Source: Octopus vulgaris
Taxonomy: Eukaryota
DNA: 64,000 bases
Reading direction: 5' to 3'
NCBI GenBank assembly: GCA_951406725.2
Contig: OX597837.1
Coordinates: 12,710,001-12,774,000, forward strand
A program made the position numbers and the translations under genes. The notes beneath the pieces were generated by a model. It was not told where the DNA came from. It did not search any database and worked only from the letters and a program-made list of their open reading frames with translations. This document shows, in pieces, positions 1 through 14,271 of this stretch (its first letter is position 1; each line of letters starts with the position of its first letter).

Positions 1-893
1 TGCATCATCGGCCACGGCATGCCCAGCCCTCCATTTAGCGGGTGTTGACAGCAAATGGATTGCCTAACCATTGGGACGCTTCCCTTCCAGAAGAAGCGGA
101 AGTGTATGCGTTCCAGTTTGGTGATGGTAGGGTCGGGACAAGGCACGACGGTCAGACGGTACTCGATGACGGATGCGACGTACGCGTTCGCCACCTCCGC
201 CCGACCTTTTAGCAATAGCTTCCTCTCGGTCCATTACTGGGTGAGATTGGCCACCCTAGTCATTATGTCGCCCCAGTTCTTCTCCATTTGGAACCAGACT
301 CCGAGCAATTTAGCCGGTCCGTCGGTCCAGCGTCCCACTATGGAGATGTGGTCCAGCGTCCCACTATGAGCTCCCGTTGCCGCTTCGTATTCTTTTAGAG
401 TCTCGCCGATCAGGTCGATGTGCTTGTGGCTCGGCATTATGACGGTGATGTCGTCCGCGTATGCAGACACGCTCGTCCTGCATCCCAATTCTCGCGGGAT
501 GGCCCTCTGAGTCGCTTTCTTCCGCAGTAGTGGTTCGAGAGTCAATACGTATAGAAGCGACGAGAGGAACCGAAAGTGCAGTGTCGAAAGGTCTCGATGT
601 CCATTTACGCGAATTACCGAAGGGATGCCTCTGTACAAAGCAGCTAACCAGCCACGGAAAACGGGACCGAAACCAGCCGCTATGAGGACAGCCTCTAAGT
701 ATCGATGGTCTACTCTATCGAAAGCTTTCGATTGATCCAAATTGATCAGGGCCCCACCCATGCCAGGTTTCTTAACTACCCTGTCTATGATGTAGCGCAT
801 CAGATGGAGGTTGGCAAGGATGCTCCGGCCCGCCACTGCGTACGTTTGCGCCTTGTCGACTAGTTTCTCGATGACAAGCGCCAACCTCTTTGC
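1..893 (-). mobile_element. 5'-truncated L1/Tx1-clade LINE ORF2 (reverse transcriptase) fragment, degraded, runs off window start
   Basis: Minus-strand translation gives [36 protein letters not shown] and, further on, LKGRAEVANAYVAS and CCQHPLNGGLGMP, which are Tx1/L1 RT motifs. Contains stops and deletions. The 5' end abuts a (TATC)n array. Confidence 0.85.
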
Positions 894-953
<60 letters not shown>

Positions 954-1050
954 CATACAGACATACAGACAGACAGATAGACAGACATACAGACAGACAG
1001 ACAGAAAGATAGATAGACAGAAAGACAGACGGACAGACAGACAGACAGAC

Positions 1051-1124
<74 letters not shown>

Positions 1125-1154
1125 GCAGAAAGAGAGGTAGACAGATAAATAGAT

Positions 1155-1185
<31 letters not shown>

Positions 1186-1196
1186 AACAGACACAC

Positions 1197-1262
<66 letters not shown>

Positions 1263-1292
1263 GCAGAAAGAGAGGTAGACAGATAAATAGAT

Positions 1293-1332
<40 letters not shown>

Positions 1333-1338
1333 GCACAC

Positions 1339-1397
<59 letters not shown>

Positions 1398-1402
1398 CAG
1401 AA

Positions 1403-1449
<47 letters not shown>

Positions 1450-1462
1450 TAGATAGATAGAC

Positions 1463-1542
<80 letters not shown>
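894..1542. repeat. (TAGA)n/(CAGA)n compound microsatellite
   Basis: Read directly; source of the YLSI-repeat ORFs. Confidence 0.95.
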
Positions 1543-1543
<1 letters not shown>

Positions 1544-1849
1544 TTCATGCGTGTGAGTATTTGTACTAAGCAATCTACAAAAGTACTTTACTTATACTGA
1601 CATACATAAGTCGGGTTCTGCGCATGAATCGTAATGCGACACACGAGGCATTTATCACAGAACTACGCAAAGTATAATTCATTCCTTCCACACACGTTCT
1701 CGCACATCTACTGGGTGAAGATTTGCCTGCGTTCATATCTACGTAGCAGATATCGGGCTGCTACACTTGCCAAGACTACATAGAGAGTTCATTCAGCACC
1801 GTTGGCATTTTAAATCGTCTGTTATTTTGTTATTACGTAAACCGAGGGG

Positions 1850-2010
1850 ATTACACGCGTTGAAGGCATTCGTTTGAAGATATCTGGTGCTGAATGGTAG
1901 AGATCGTTCCGGTTCCGTTACAGCCCTGGGATACAATCAATGATAACGCTTAATGTGTATGAGACAGGGGGAGAGATGAACTCGAAGAAAGGGACAAAGA
2001 ACTGGTAAGT
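1850..2010 (+). promoter_or_regulatory. Putative promoter/non-coding exon 1 of sialin-like gene 1 (donor GT at 2005)
   Basis: GGGACAAAGAACTG|GTAAGT, homologous to the blocks ending at 9682, 37423, 48445, 56471 and 62044. Confidence 0.55.
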
Positions 2011-2061
2011 ATTGAGAAATTTGTCCCCCCACCAAATACACTGACACTCACAGCTTTACAC

Positions 2062-2173
<112 letters not shown>

Positions 2174-2290
2174 CAATTGCAGCGTGGAAGGTGTTTGTAA
2201 GCCATTTAAGAAACACCTTCCACGCTGCAATTGTTTTCGTTTCAGCACACGATCTCAGATCAAATCACTTGCTATGCGAGTACATCTCCG

Positions 2291-2354
<64 letters not shown>

Positions 2355-2444
2355 GTATGTATATGTATATATGAATGAAAGAATGTATCCACGTTTATAG
2401 ACAGGTAAATAGATAGTAAAAGATAGATAGATGATGGATGGATG

Positions 2445-2588
<144 letters not shown>

Positions 2589-3011
2589 TGCATGATACAT
2601 ATACACGTATATTCAAGTGGATACATATGTATTTGCGCTTTTACGAGTAGGTGCGTATGAATGAAAGTTTGTAAGTACACACGTGTATGTATGTGTATGT
2701 ATATATATATGTGTGTCTGTCTGTCTGTCTGTATGTATGTATGTATGTATGTATGCATGTATGTATGTATGGAAATTCGTTCGAGGCTGACAATTCATTG
2801 CCTTCCTACTTACTGATTGTAGTCTGTTCGATCTCTCATCGATCCATTGGTCACAATGTACGTTCGTCCGTTCATCCTTGTCTCACCTGATGACTCCGCC
2901 GCACTCTCAACGGGAAACTCTGAGTAACGACAGACTAAGTCGTCAACAACAAACAAAATAAATAACTCCGTTTCATGGATCATGTACATATTCAAACGTT
3001 GATATGTATAA

Positions 3012-3054
<43 letters not shown>

Positions 3055-3302
3055 CGTGCGTATGAGCGTTCGTGCTTCATGAAAATTTGTAGATTTCGTC
3101 TAGATTAAGGAAATGCAAAAGTATTTTGCATCAACTTTATATAATAATATAGGTATAAATTAACGTTAATATTATCAACGTATTCAATTTTAGAAAACAT
3201 AATATCGATCTCAGTGATTAATTATTGATCTCTTACTTTTCAGTGAATGCACCGCCGTCGATTAATTTTTGCCTCGACCAAGAACATAAAGAACATTTTT
3301 CA

Positions 3303-3540
3303 ACTTCACCAATTCTGGCTCACCAATTCTGTTCACCAATTCTGGTTCACCAATTCTGGTTCACCAATTCTGTTCACCAATTCTGATTCACCAATTCTTT
3401 TCGCCGATTCTGTTCACCAATCCTGGTTCACCAATTCTGTTAACCAATTCTGGTTCACCAATTCTGTTAACCAATTCTGTTAACAAATCCTGGTTCACCA
3501 ATTCTGTTAACCAATTCTGTTCACCGATTCTGTTCATCGA
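3303..3540 (+). repeat. 15-16 bp minisatellite (TTCACCAATTCTG[G]), ~15 copies
   Basis: Read directly; the motif is single-copy in the paralogous modules. Confidence 0.9.
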
Positions 3541-4264
3541 TATTTGTCACTGAAATAATATATCTTGAAGGCGGATCCTAGTTTTCGATCACGTTTTACA
3601 TACAAGGAGTGACTCAACCTGGAATTGAAACTTCATCATAAACGACACTACCCTGAGATACTGGACTAATATAAACTGTAATTAATTATATCAAAGGACC
3701 GAGAGGAATTGAACATACGTCTTCAAATAACCAATCAGTTATCACACATATTGCAAAAATTTCTTCTGCATGAATAAATTTCAGACGGGAGCATTTAGAA
3801 GACTGCTATCGTTTTTCCCAACCATAAATGATAACAGGAACTTTGAATCTATGAACTCTGTAACTTATTGTTATAATTCTGCGCCTTCACGATTAAGTCG
3901 ATCTTTAATTGTATTCTTGGTTAGACGTGAACGTGAAAATTTTATATCCAAAAGCATAAAAGAGAAACGAAATATCTTACCAGAACAACAAAATTACCGT
4001 ATATAGATGACTGGATTTATAGTGATTCGTAAAGGACTTCATTATTTAAAGACAACGTATCAATGTATTGTGAACTGTAATGATATTAAAGATACGTAAT
4101 CATAATTTTCGAAAACATTTATTTCCTTCACTAATATATGTTTGAGAACAAAGATCTTTTTTGTAATGAAATTATGACAAACAAATCAACAAAGTGGGCA
4201 ATTGAAATATAATTTGTTAAACAGCGGCAAGTGTTTTGTTTTTTTTAATTGAGAACATACATTA

Positions 4265-4685
4265 TCCTATTTCTTTGCTACCCACAAGGGGCTAAACTCA
4301 GAGAGGACAAACGAAGACAGACAAACGGATTAAGTTGATTATATCGACCCCAGTGCGTAACTGGTACTTATTTAATAGACTCCAAAAGGTTGAAAGGCAA
4401 AGTCGACCTCGACGGGATTTGAACTCAGAACGTAGCGGCAGACGAAATACCTATTTCTTTACTGCCCACAAGGGGCTAAACACAGATAGGACAAACGAAG
4501 ACAGACAAACGGATTAAGTTGATTACATCGACCTCAGTGCGTAACTAGTACTTAATTTATCGACCCTGAAAGGATGAAAGGCAAAGTCGACCTCGGCGGA
4601 ATTTGAACTCAGAACGTAGCGGCAGGCGAAACACCGCTAAGCATTTCGCCCGGTGTGCTAACATTTCTGCCAGCTCGCTGCCCTC
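4265..4685 (-). mobile_element. tRNA-derived SINE (family B), partly dimeric, with 13-bp TSD
   Basis: Reverse complement of GGCxGCGAGCTGGCAGAA...GCCTTTCATCCTTTCGGGGTCGA. TSD AGAACATACATTA at 4252-4264 and 4686-4698. Confidence 0.85.
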
Positions 4686-4746
4686 AGAACATACATTACC
4701 TACGCGGACAAAGACAATTTCAGATTCTAAATATCCCGATATAAAT

Positions 4747-6210
4747 ATGTCTACATCTACCAGCTGGATTAAACAATATTTTTCATGTCGAAGGAGATTA
4801 TGTTATGCCTGTGCTACGGGTTTTCTTTTGATGCAAGCAATGCGAGTTGATCTAAGTATGGCTTTTGTTTGTATGTTGAAGACACCCAATCGTACAACTG
4901 AGGAAGTTAACGTCACCGCAAACAACCAGCATTGTTCCGGTTTAAGCAATCATTCTATAAATAGAGATTTTGAAGGAGAATTAGAATGGAGTGACACATT
5001 ACAAGCAAACATGTTGGCTGGGTACTTCTATGGGTACGTTGCAACTAATGTTTTGGGTGGATTTTTGGCAGACAAATATGGTGGGAAAAGAGTTCTTGGG
5101 ATTTCAATTCTCTTAGCATCAATTTTGACCCTTCTTCACCCCAGTTTATCTCGAATTAATGGTTACTATACACTTGTTCTAAGAATATTAACAGGCGCAG
5201 TATCGGGGCCGCTGCCTCCGTCGATTCACTCCTTATTCGGACGTTGGGTCCCTCCACAAGAAATTAGTTTATTGATTGGGTTTGCATTTGCTGGACAAAT
5301 TTTAGGAAGTATTTTAGGTCTTTCAGTATCGGGTTTCCTTTGTATATATGGATTTGATAACGGATGGGGTTCTATATTTTATATATTTGGTGGAATATCG
5401 TTGGTGTTTTGTTGTGTGTGGTTTTATGTGGTTTATGACAGCCCAGACGTCCATCCAACCATCAGCAAAGAAGAAAGGTCTTATTTAAACAAAACAATAG
5501 CGAGTGAAAATGGGGTCAAAAAAGTGCCTTTGCAGCGGTTGTTGTTTTCGCCTGCGGTTTGGGCCATCAACTTCGGTTTGTTCGCTTATGCCTGGACGGA
5601 TTTATGTTTCCAGATACTGCTACCTCTATACATGAAAGGAGCCTTAAATGTGAATACAACATCCAACGGTTTAATGTCATCTGCACCTTCGGTTGGACAA
5701 ATTATTGCTTTGCCCTTAGGTGGAAAGCTTGCAGATATTTTACTTTCAAAGAAATATCTGTCAACACGTTCTGTTCGTGTTTTATTTCAAACCTTTGCGC
5801 TGATTGCTTCAGCGTGTCTGTTGATTGCCATCGGATTCCTCAGATGTGACCAAACCATTCTAATAACTCTCCTTTTATTTCTCAGTGGTATAACTCTATC
5901 ATTTGTCAGTGGTGGTGTTCTTGTCAACAATAGTGACATTGCTCCACGTTTTGCTGGTATTGTATATGGAATCGCGAACACTTTTGCCTCGACGTCGGGC
6001 AGCATTAATTCTTTAACTACAAAAGCTTTAACCCCAAATGGTACCCAAGAAGAATGGCAGATCGTGTTTGCTTTAAGTGCTGTTATATGTGTTGCTGGTG
6101 CTATATTATTTGCCATATTGGTAAAAGCTGAGGTCCAAGACTGGGCAACATGTGAGGGATCTAGAGCATCCGTTCATCCCAGCGACACAAATAGAAATAA
6201 AATAGTCTAA
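4747..6210 (+). CDS. SLC17A5-like: SLC17/sialin-like MFS anion transporter, paralog 1 (487 aa, intronless CDS)
   Basis: Motifs MRVDLSMA, GGFLADKYGGKRV, LRILTG, GWGSIFYIFG, DVHPTISKEERSY, LLPLYMK, DIAPRFAG, EWQIVF. ATG 4747 aligns with the paralog starts; the upstream ORF extension is SINE-derived. Confidence 0.92.
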   Translation: MSTSTSWIKQYFSCRRRLCYACATGFLLMQAMRVDLSMAFVCMLKTPNRTTEEVNVTANNQHCSGLSNHSINRDFEGELEWSDTLQANMLAGYFYGYVATNVLGGFLADKYGGKRVLGISILLASILTLLHPSLSRINGYYTLVLRILTGAVSGPLPPSIHSLFGRWVPPQEISLLIGFAFAGQILGSILGLSVSGFLCIYGFDNGWGSIFYIFGGISLVFCCVWFYVVYDSPDVHPTISKEERSYLNKTIASENGVKKVPLQRLLFSPAVWAINFGLFAYAWTDLCFQILLPLYMKGALNVNTTSNGLMSSAPSVGQIIALPLGGKLADILLSKKYLSTRSVRVLFQTFALIASACLLIAIGFLRCDQTILITLLLFLSGITLSFVSGGVLVNNSDIAPRFAGIVYGIANTFASTSGSINSLTTKALTPNGTQEEWQIVFALSAVICVAGAILFAILVKAEVQDWATCEGSRASVHPSDTNRNKIV

Positions 6211-6319
6211 CTTGTTTACATTTTTTCTTTGCTAGATTCTTTGTGACACTATTGTTTTCATGTTGTAGATCATTGCTATGTGTTCATATTTTCTTTAATA
6301 TATACATATATATATAAGT

Positions 6320-6624
6320 GGAGGCGCAATGGCCCAGTGGTTAGGGCAGCGGACTCGCGGTCGTAGGATCGCGGTTTCGATTCCCAGACCGGGCGTTGTG
6401 TGTGTTTATTGAGCGAAAACACCTAAAAAGCTCCACGACGCTCCGGCAGGGGGTGGTGATCTCTGCTGTACTCATTCTCTCATTCTTTCTTTCACTCTTT
6501 CGTCTGTTGGCCTGCACGCTTAGCCAGCGGGGTGGCGTGATTCGAAGGCTAAAACAATGCGAACGCATTGTGACCAGCGATGTGTAACAACATCTGATGG
6601 TCTGGTCGGTCACGTGATCACGTG
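6320..6624 (+). mobile_element. tRNA-derived SINE (family C)
   Basis: Head GGAGGCGCAATGGCCCAGTGGTTAGGGCAGCGGACTCG...GGTTTCGATTCCC has A/B boxes; a second copy is at 31749. Confidence 0.85.
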
Positions 6625-7373
6625 ATATATATATATATACACTGATATGTATATATGGTTCAAATGTACAGAGACAGAGACAGGCGAGGAAATTACAAGC
6701 TGCTTTGACGCTTGGGAAAAATTGAAAAGTCTTCGTCGTTTCGGGTTTACGCCCTTCTACAGAAAGGGATGAGAGAGTAAAACATGGAAAGAGAAAAAAT
6801 GCGGAGACAGAAAAAAAGAATGTGTTGGGATTTATGGTTCCAAATGTTGAAACGAAGGAAGAAACCAATGGAAAAAGGGGATAACAGTAACCCGGCTACA
6901 CTATACAAACATGTATAAAAGTTGAAAATTACATGCGAGTAGATGTCTGCGTAATAAGTATTCTTACATGGAATACAAATTAAGAAAAAGTCATGTAATA
7001 GTCACCTGCAGTTTTTGTATTTATTTTGTTTATGTCTCATAATTGCAAATCACACCTGTTTATATATGTATACATCGAAGGGACATTGTAGCAATAATAA
7101 AAGAAAATGTTGTTGTTACTATTGTTATTGTTTGTTTTTTTGTTGTTGTTGTTGTTGTTATCATTGTTATTTTTTTCCGTCATTATTCGGAGTTGAACAA
7201 AAGTGTCTCGGGTGACGTTTCCAGCTCTTTATGTTTCGAGTAAAAATCCCGTCAACTAAACAAACACATTCCGTTTAAATTTCGAACTGTATGTCTAACT
7301 GAAAAACAATTAGTAGTAGTAGTAGTAGTAGCAGCAGCAAAAATTGATAAAAGTAATAATAATAATAATAATA

Positions 7374-7442
<69 letters not shown>

Positions 7443-7596
7443 TTTAAATACATAGTTTACCTGTGGATTTGCGTGTGTAATCTGGGAATGCATACAATGA
7501 GCTTCTCTGGCCTAGGTGTACGGAAAACACTTAGGGGAGAAATGGAAGAAAATTTGAAGAAGGATTAATAATAATAATAATAATTATAATTATTAT

Positions 7597-7629
<33 letters not shown>

Positions 7630-7819
7630 TATAATTATAATAATAATAATAATGATGATGATAATAATAATAATAATAATGATAACAATAACAATAATAA
7701 TTATAATTATAATAATAATAATAATTATAATAATAATAATAATAATGATAATAATAATAATGATAACAATAACATTAATAATAATAATAATAATTATAAT
7801 AATAATAATAATAATTAAC

Positions 7820-8400
7820 TGCTCAAGACCAAAGCTTATTAACCCGGAACTACCAAGCCAATGTGATAAAAAATGGAGCTGACCCAAAATGCCGATTCTG
7901 TAACGATGAGATTGAAACAATAGACCACCTAATCTCAGGGTGTAGAGTCTTAGCACCTGCAGAATATAAAGCAAGGCATGACAGAGTCGGCCAGTATTTA
8001 CACTGGACAATATGTCGGCATTATGAAATCAAAACCGCTGACAAATGGTATAAACACCATCCTGAAGCTGTGACTGAGGGAGAAAATGTGTCGATTCTAT
8101 GGGACTTCCCCGTACATGCCGACAAAACTATAAAAGCTAATAAACCGGATATTATTATAAAAGATCAGACAAAAAAAGGTGTGTTTATTGATTGACATGA
8201 GTATTCCTTGCGATCACAATATAGCGGTGAAAGAATTTGACAAGATCAGAAAAATATAAAGACTTGCTAATAGAAACTGAAAAAATGTGACATCTCAAGG
8301 CGACTACAGTACCAGTGATTGTAGGATCTCTAGGAATGATAAAAAAAGGTACTGAAACCTATTTGAAAATGATACCAGGCTTACCATCCCTACAGGAAGT
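7820..8400 (+). mobile_element. Dong/R4-clade non-LTR retrotransposon C-terminal fragment (CCHC + restriction-like endonuclease)
   Basis: CRFC...ETIDHLISGC...RHD...ILWDF...NKPDIII...KYKDL...VPVIVGSLG; frameshifted; preceded by (TAA)n at 7565-7815. Confidence 0.85.
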
Positions 8401-8839
8401 GCTATCATATACATTGTTTGGTCTTGTTATAAAAGATGGCCTACAGCAAATGTTCTTTCTATTATCTTGAAGCAGACAAACACTCCAAACGATTAAGATG
8501 ACTTCTATTTCGAGACTCGTACATTTCCGTTCATAGTCGCTTTTTTTTGCTTCATAACACTGACATAAAAGATCCGGTACTTTAAACATTTGATATATCT
8601 ATAATTGTATTAAAACTATCAAATAATGAGTGAAGTAAACAAATGCATTCAATAGACAAAATGTTTAATTATGCATTCGAAGTCGTTCATTGCAAAACCC
8701 TTTTTTTTTATTATTATTATTATTATAAAGATTTATTCGTCTTATTTTGTCAGTAAACATTTTCCCCATATTCCGCTTCCTTCGTTATTCTGACGTGTCC
8801 CACTTAAAATAAAAGTTATAATAAACACTCATTCAAAAA

Positions 8840-9100
8840 TCGACCCCGAAAGGATGAAAGGCAAAGTCGACCTCGGCGGAATTTGAACTCAGAACGTAGC
8901 GGCAGACGAAATACATATTTTTTTACTACCCACAAGGGACTAAACATAGAGGGGACAAACTAGGACAGACAAACAGATTAAGTCCATTACATCGACCCCA
9001 GTGCATAACTGGTACTTAATTTATCGACCTCGAAAGAATGAAAGGTAAAATCGACCTCGGCGGAATTTGAACTCAGAACGTAACGGCAGACGAAATACGA
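8840..9100 (-). mobile_element. SINE family B (tandem partial copies)
   Basis: Similar to 4265-4685 and 15696-15932. Confidence 0.8.
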
Positions 9101-9539
9101 AAATTGTAAATAAATACCTTTTAAGACTGTTTGCATTTCCTGTCCCTTTCAAATTTAAAATTTCGTGCATTCGGTTTGAAGTCAGCTTTCCCACGTTCTT
9201 ATTTCTCGTATTTTGCATTCTGGATGAATATAGAATTGAACAAACGCCCACACAAACGTTCCGGTCAAACAATTAGAGCGATTAGTTTAAATTAAAATTA
9301 ATATAACGATGTTTTCATGAGAAATTAATTTCCTTGATGGTCTCTTATAATCTTGAAACTATGCATAAGCTCCCGCACGAACAATATAAACATTTCCCTC
9401 TGTTTATGTCAACAGACATTAAAGATTCAACGCTAGTATCTACATGAAGATTGCATAAATCTTTCATTAAAGACCGTTAGCGACAAGATTTTGTGCAAGT
9501 TGTTTACCTCATTATACATTGGAAGTTTACATACCCTAA

Positions 9540-9688
9540 CACCCGAAATACATTCACATGTCGAAAACTGGTACTAAATAATAGAATTTTTTAAGATTCC
9601 ATCCTAACCCGGGTTAACAACGAACACAGGTTTGCTGTAGAGCACGCAGGGGATAACCAAGAAGAAGTTAACAAAGAATCGGTAAGTA
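9540..9688 (+). promoter_or_regulatory. Putative promoter/non-coding exon 1 of gene 2 (donor GT at 9682)
   Basis: ACAAAGAATCG|GTAAGT with upstream TCACATG and AGATTCC; homologous to the other exon-1 blocks. Confidence 0.5.
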
Positions 9689-9738
9689 TAGAGAAACATA
9701 CATACACCTATTGATAGATTCATTAGATTCATACATGT

Positions 9739-9863
<125 letters not shown>

Positions 9864-10053
9864 TAAATATTTTCTCTCTTTATTTTCTCTCCTTGTTTCT
9901 TTCTGTGTTCCTTTCTGCAGAAGAGCGTATGCTCGAAACGTAAAATACTTTTTCACTTCCCGAGCGTTATACTAATACATCTATTTGTTGTTTACACCAC
10001 CTGTCTTCGTCTTTTGATGTTGTTGTTTTTTTTGTGAATTCTCCCCTATATTT

Positions 10054-10108
<55 letters not shown>

Positions 10109-10109
10109 G

Positions 10110-11488
<1,379 letters not shown>

Positions 11489-11489
11489 A

Positions 11490-11860
11490 TTGCACTGTAT
11501 GTAGATTTAGCCCACAAACAAACTGTAAAGCCAGAAATGTAGTCTATAGTATAAGATGTATAGAGGGACGATGCAGTAACGAGACAGTAACATACGTAGG
11601 GGAAACAGCAAGAAGCATTGGAGAGTGGGTGAATGAACATTGGAGACAACTCAAGGAAGGTAAAAGCTCATCGATTCTGTACCAACACGCCGAACAGGAA
11701 CACGGGGGATCAAACAATAACATAGAGATTAAGATATTGTCCACACATAGAACAGATGCAACAATTAGACAAATTACAGAAGCTACACATATAATAGAAA
11801 ATAAACCTAGCCTGAATAGAAAACTAGAATGGAGCAATAGCACACACCACAACATATGAC
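11490..11860 (+). mobile_element. Penelope-like element GIY-YIG endonuclease fragment
   Basis: YSIRC...YVGETARSIGEWVNEH...LYQHAEQEH...RQITEATHI...PSLNRKLEW. Confidence 0.8.
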
Positions 11861-11973
11861 GATAGAGGATCCTGAAAACATAATAAATACACAGATAAAT
11901 AAACAGATAGAAATGAATAACTATATATATGTATATATATCTATGTATGTATATGTGTATATATATATATATA

Positions 11974-12035
<62 letters not shown>

Positions 12036-12505
12036 CGATTAGATTTATTATTATTATTACTAATATTGTTGTTATACATACATACAAGCATATGTAATGA
12101 TAATAATGGGTGGATGTAAACACATGAACAAAATTAGAACAAAAGCAACAACAACAAAAACAAAATACAAATTACAAGAATGTATATAAACAGAAGATAC
12201 AAATATTACAGGCATCCCCCCATACACACTAAATAAACATAGACGCACATAGAGATATAAGCATGCGCAAATGAAGACATGCAATAGAAATACAAAATGG
12301 CTGACGGTTAGTAAGGAGAGACACAAATAAGTGAGAAGAAAACAAAGGACCACTGATGCGGTCACAGGAGTGTGACGAAAGAACTTTGGCCGAAATAAGA
12401 TTAAGATTAATGTAAAAAATAAATATCACTGAAGCAAAATAACACCAAATATATAGTGCGTGTGTTTTTATTGGCTAAACTGGCAATATGACCATTCCGA
12501 AATAT

Positions 12506-12558
<53 letters not shown>

Positions 12559-13779
12559 TATATATATATGATATATATATACATGTATGTATGTATATGT
12601 ATATATATATATATATATTACACACTCACACATACATACACACACACACTCACTCACACACCTGTATGTACGCGCACACACATGCACATACACACACTTC
12701 CACACACCCACACGTACATACATACACACTCATACACATACACACACACACACACACGGACATACATCTATGCACACACATATATACACACATACTTACA
12801 TACCTTCATCGGACACACTGACACCCAGACATACACACAGACACACTCACACATCCACACACATACATACTTACACACACACTCGCAGGCGCGCGCACAC
12901 ACGCGCTTGCGCCGGTTCGCGCATGCATGCACCTCGCTCTTGGACCCGACGCGATCTCCCGCTCGTTTCTGGGGCCGTCGCCTGTCGTTGGGTTCTCCCA
13001 CGCCCGTCTCCGCGGGACCACTCTTCCATCTTCCCCTCAGCTGGAGTCCTTTTTCCTTATAACCCCCCTTTTTTGTTACACACGCGCGCACACATACATA
13101 CACCCACTCACACACACACATTTGCTTAAATATATACATTACTCTTACACACACTTCAAATCTACTCGCCATACATACAACTACGACACTGGACACACAC
13201 ACACTACTACTCAACACACACGCTGGCACGTTACATACGCCCCCACCCCTTCCCCCACCCCTTCCCCCCTCCCTTCCCCCCTCCCTTCCCCCCTCCCTTC
13301 CTCCTTCCTTCATTTTCTTACTACTGACCACTGTCTGCTATGCCTACTACTGTTCGCCCTACCTCACACGCCTACACACAGACGCACACACTAACATATA
13401 CATATATTTTTTGTTTTTTTATCTCGCCTCACACACACATACACACACGCACACGCACACACTCACACATACACACACATCTGTTGCGTTACCAACCCTG
13501 TCTCCACTCTTTTGGCTTTAAAAACCTACTTTGCTCTTGTTATCGTAAACTTCCGCCTTTCACCATGTGTACTTCGTAAACACCAGTCGTTTTTTTTTTC
13601 TCCCTCTTGTTGCCCACTTTGGGATCTTTCTTTCCTCTCTCTTCCTTCTTTATGTTTCCGACGAAGAGCTCCGCTCGAAACGTCATACCTTCCTGCTTCC
13701 ATCTTTCCTGAGCGCCTATTAATAATAATACTGTAATTGTTCCACGTGTTGTTGTTTTTTCTGTTTTCCCGTTTGGATT

Positions 13780-13828
<49 letters not shown>

Positions 13829-13873
13829 ATATATATATATATACATGTATGTATGTATATGTATATATATATA

Positions 13874-13959
<86 letters not shown>

Positions 13960-14270
13960 ATAGTCCTACATGTTTTTTCTACAACTTTGATCTTAAGGCC
14001 AGTTGTGCGCAGGATTTTCTTAAATGCCTTACATAATTCGTTCTTAGGTGTGGCGTTAACATTACACTGAAATTTCTTGTTATCATACCAAGTACTGGTT
14101 TTATTTCTTTTGTTGGTGTCCCTCTCTAACCAATTCCAGAACTTGCTGCGGTATAGGGGGCATATACCGTTTTCGTCATCTCTTAGAATGCGTTCGAATC
14201 TTGTTTTCGCTGCATTGTACACTCTGATTCTATCGTAATGTGTGCATCCGCAACGTTGCATTCGGGATAT
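13960..14270 (-). mobile_element. Penelope-like element RT-linker fragment
   Basis: PLYRSKFWN...TWY...NATPKNEL...[12 protein letters not shown] resembles the region between RT and GIY-YIG in PLE ORFs. Confidence 0.6.
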
Positions 14271-14271
14271 A

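Larger units (their letters stand above)
3190..4746 (+). other. Conserved 5'-UTR/acceptor module of gene 1 (acceptor-like TTTTCAG| at 3243, second TTTCAG| at 4723)
   Basis: A homologous module precedes all six CDSs, with acceptor-like AG ending at 3243, 19354, 31517, 44222, 51940 and 57662. Confidence 0.55.

Noticed and set aside
772-1573. Long YLSI/CLSV-repeat ORFs, and the similar YI, HT, CV, poly-I and poly-N ORFs throughout the window
   Set aside because: Translations of (TAGA)n, (TA)n, (CA)n, (TATG)n and (TAA)n microsatellites, not genes.
4603-4746. N-terminal extensions of ORFs 4603, 33384 and 52681
   Set aside because: They start at non-ATG codons, two inside SINEs; the homologous ATG of all paralogs is downstream (4747, 33537, 52771).
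5787-6116. Antisense and alternate-frame ORFs overlapping the sialin CDSs (also 45808, 53607, 59401)
   Set aside because: Shadow ORFs; recurrence reflects paralogy, and starts and stops are not conserved.
6320-6395. tRNA-like sequences (also 31749, 23909, 29113)
   Set aside because: SINE heads with A/B boxes that continue into repeat bodies; no complete cloverleaf.
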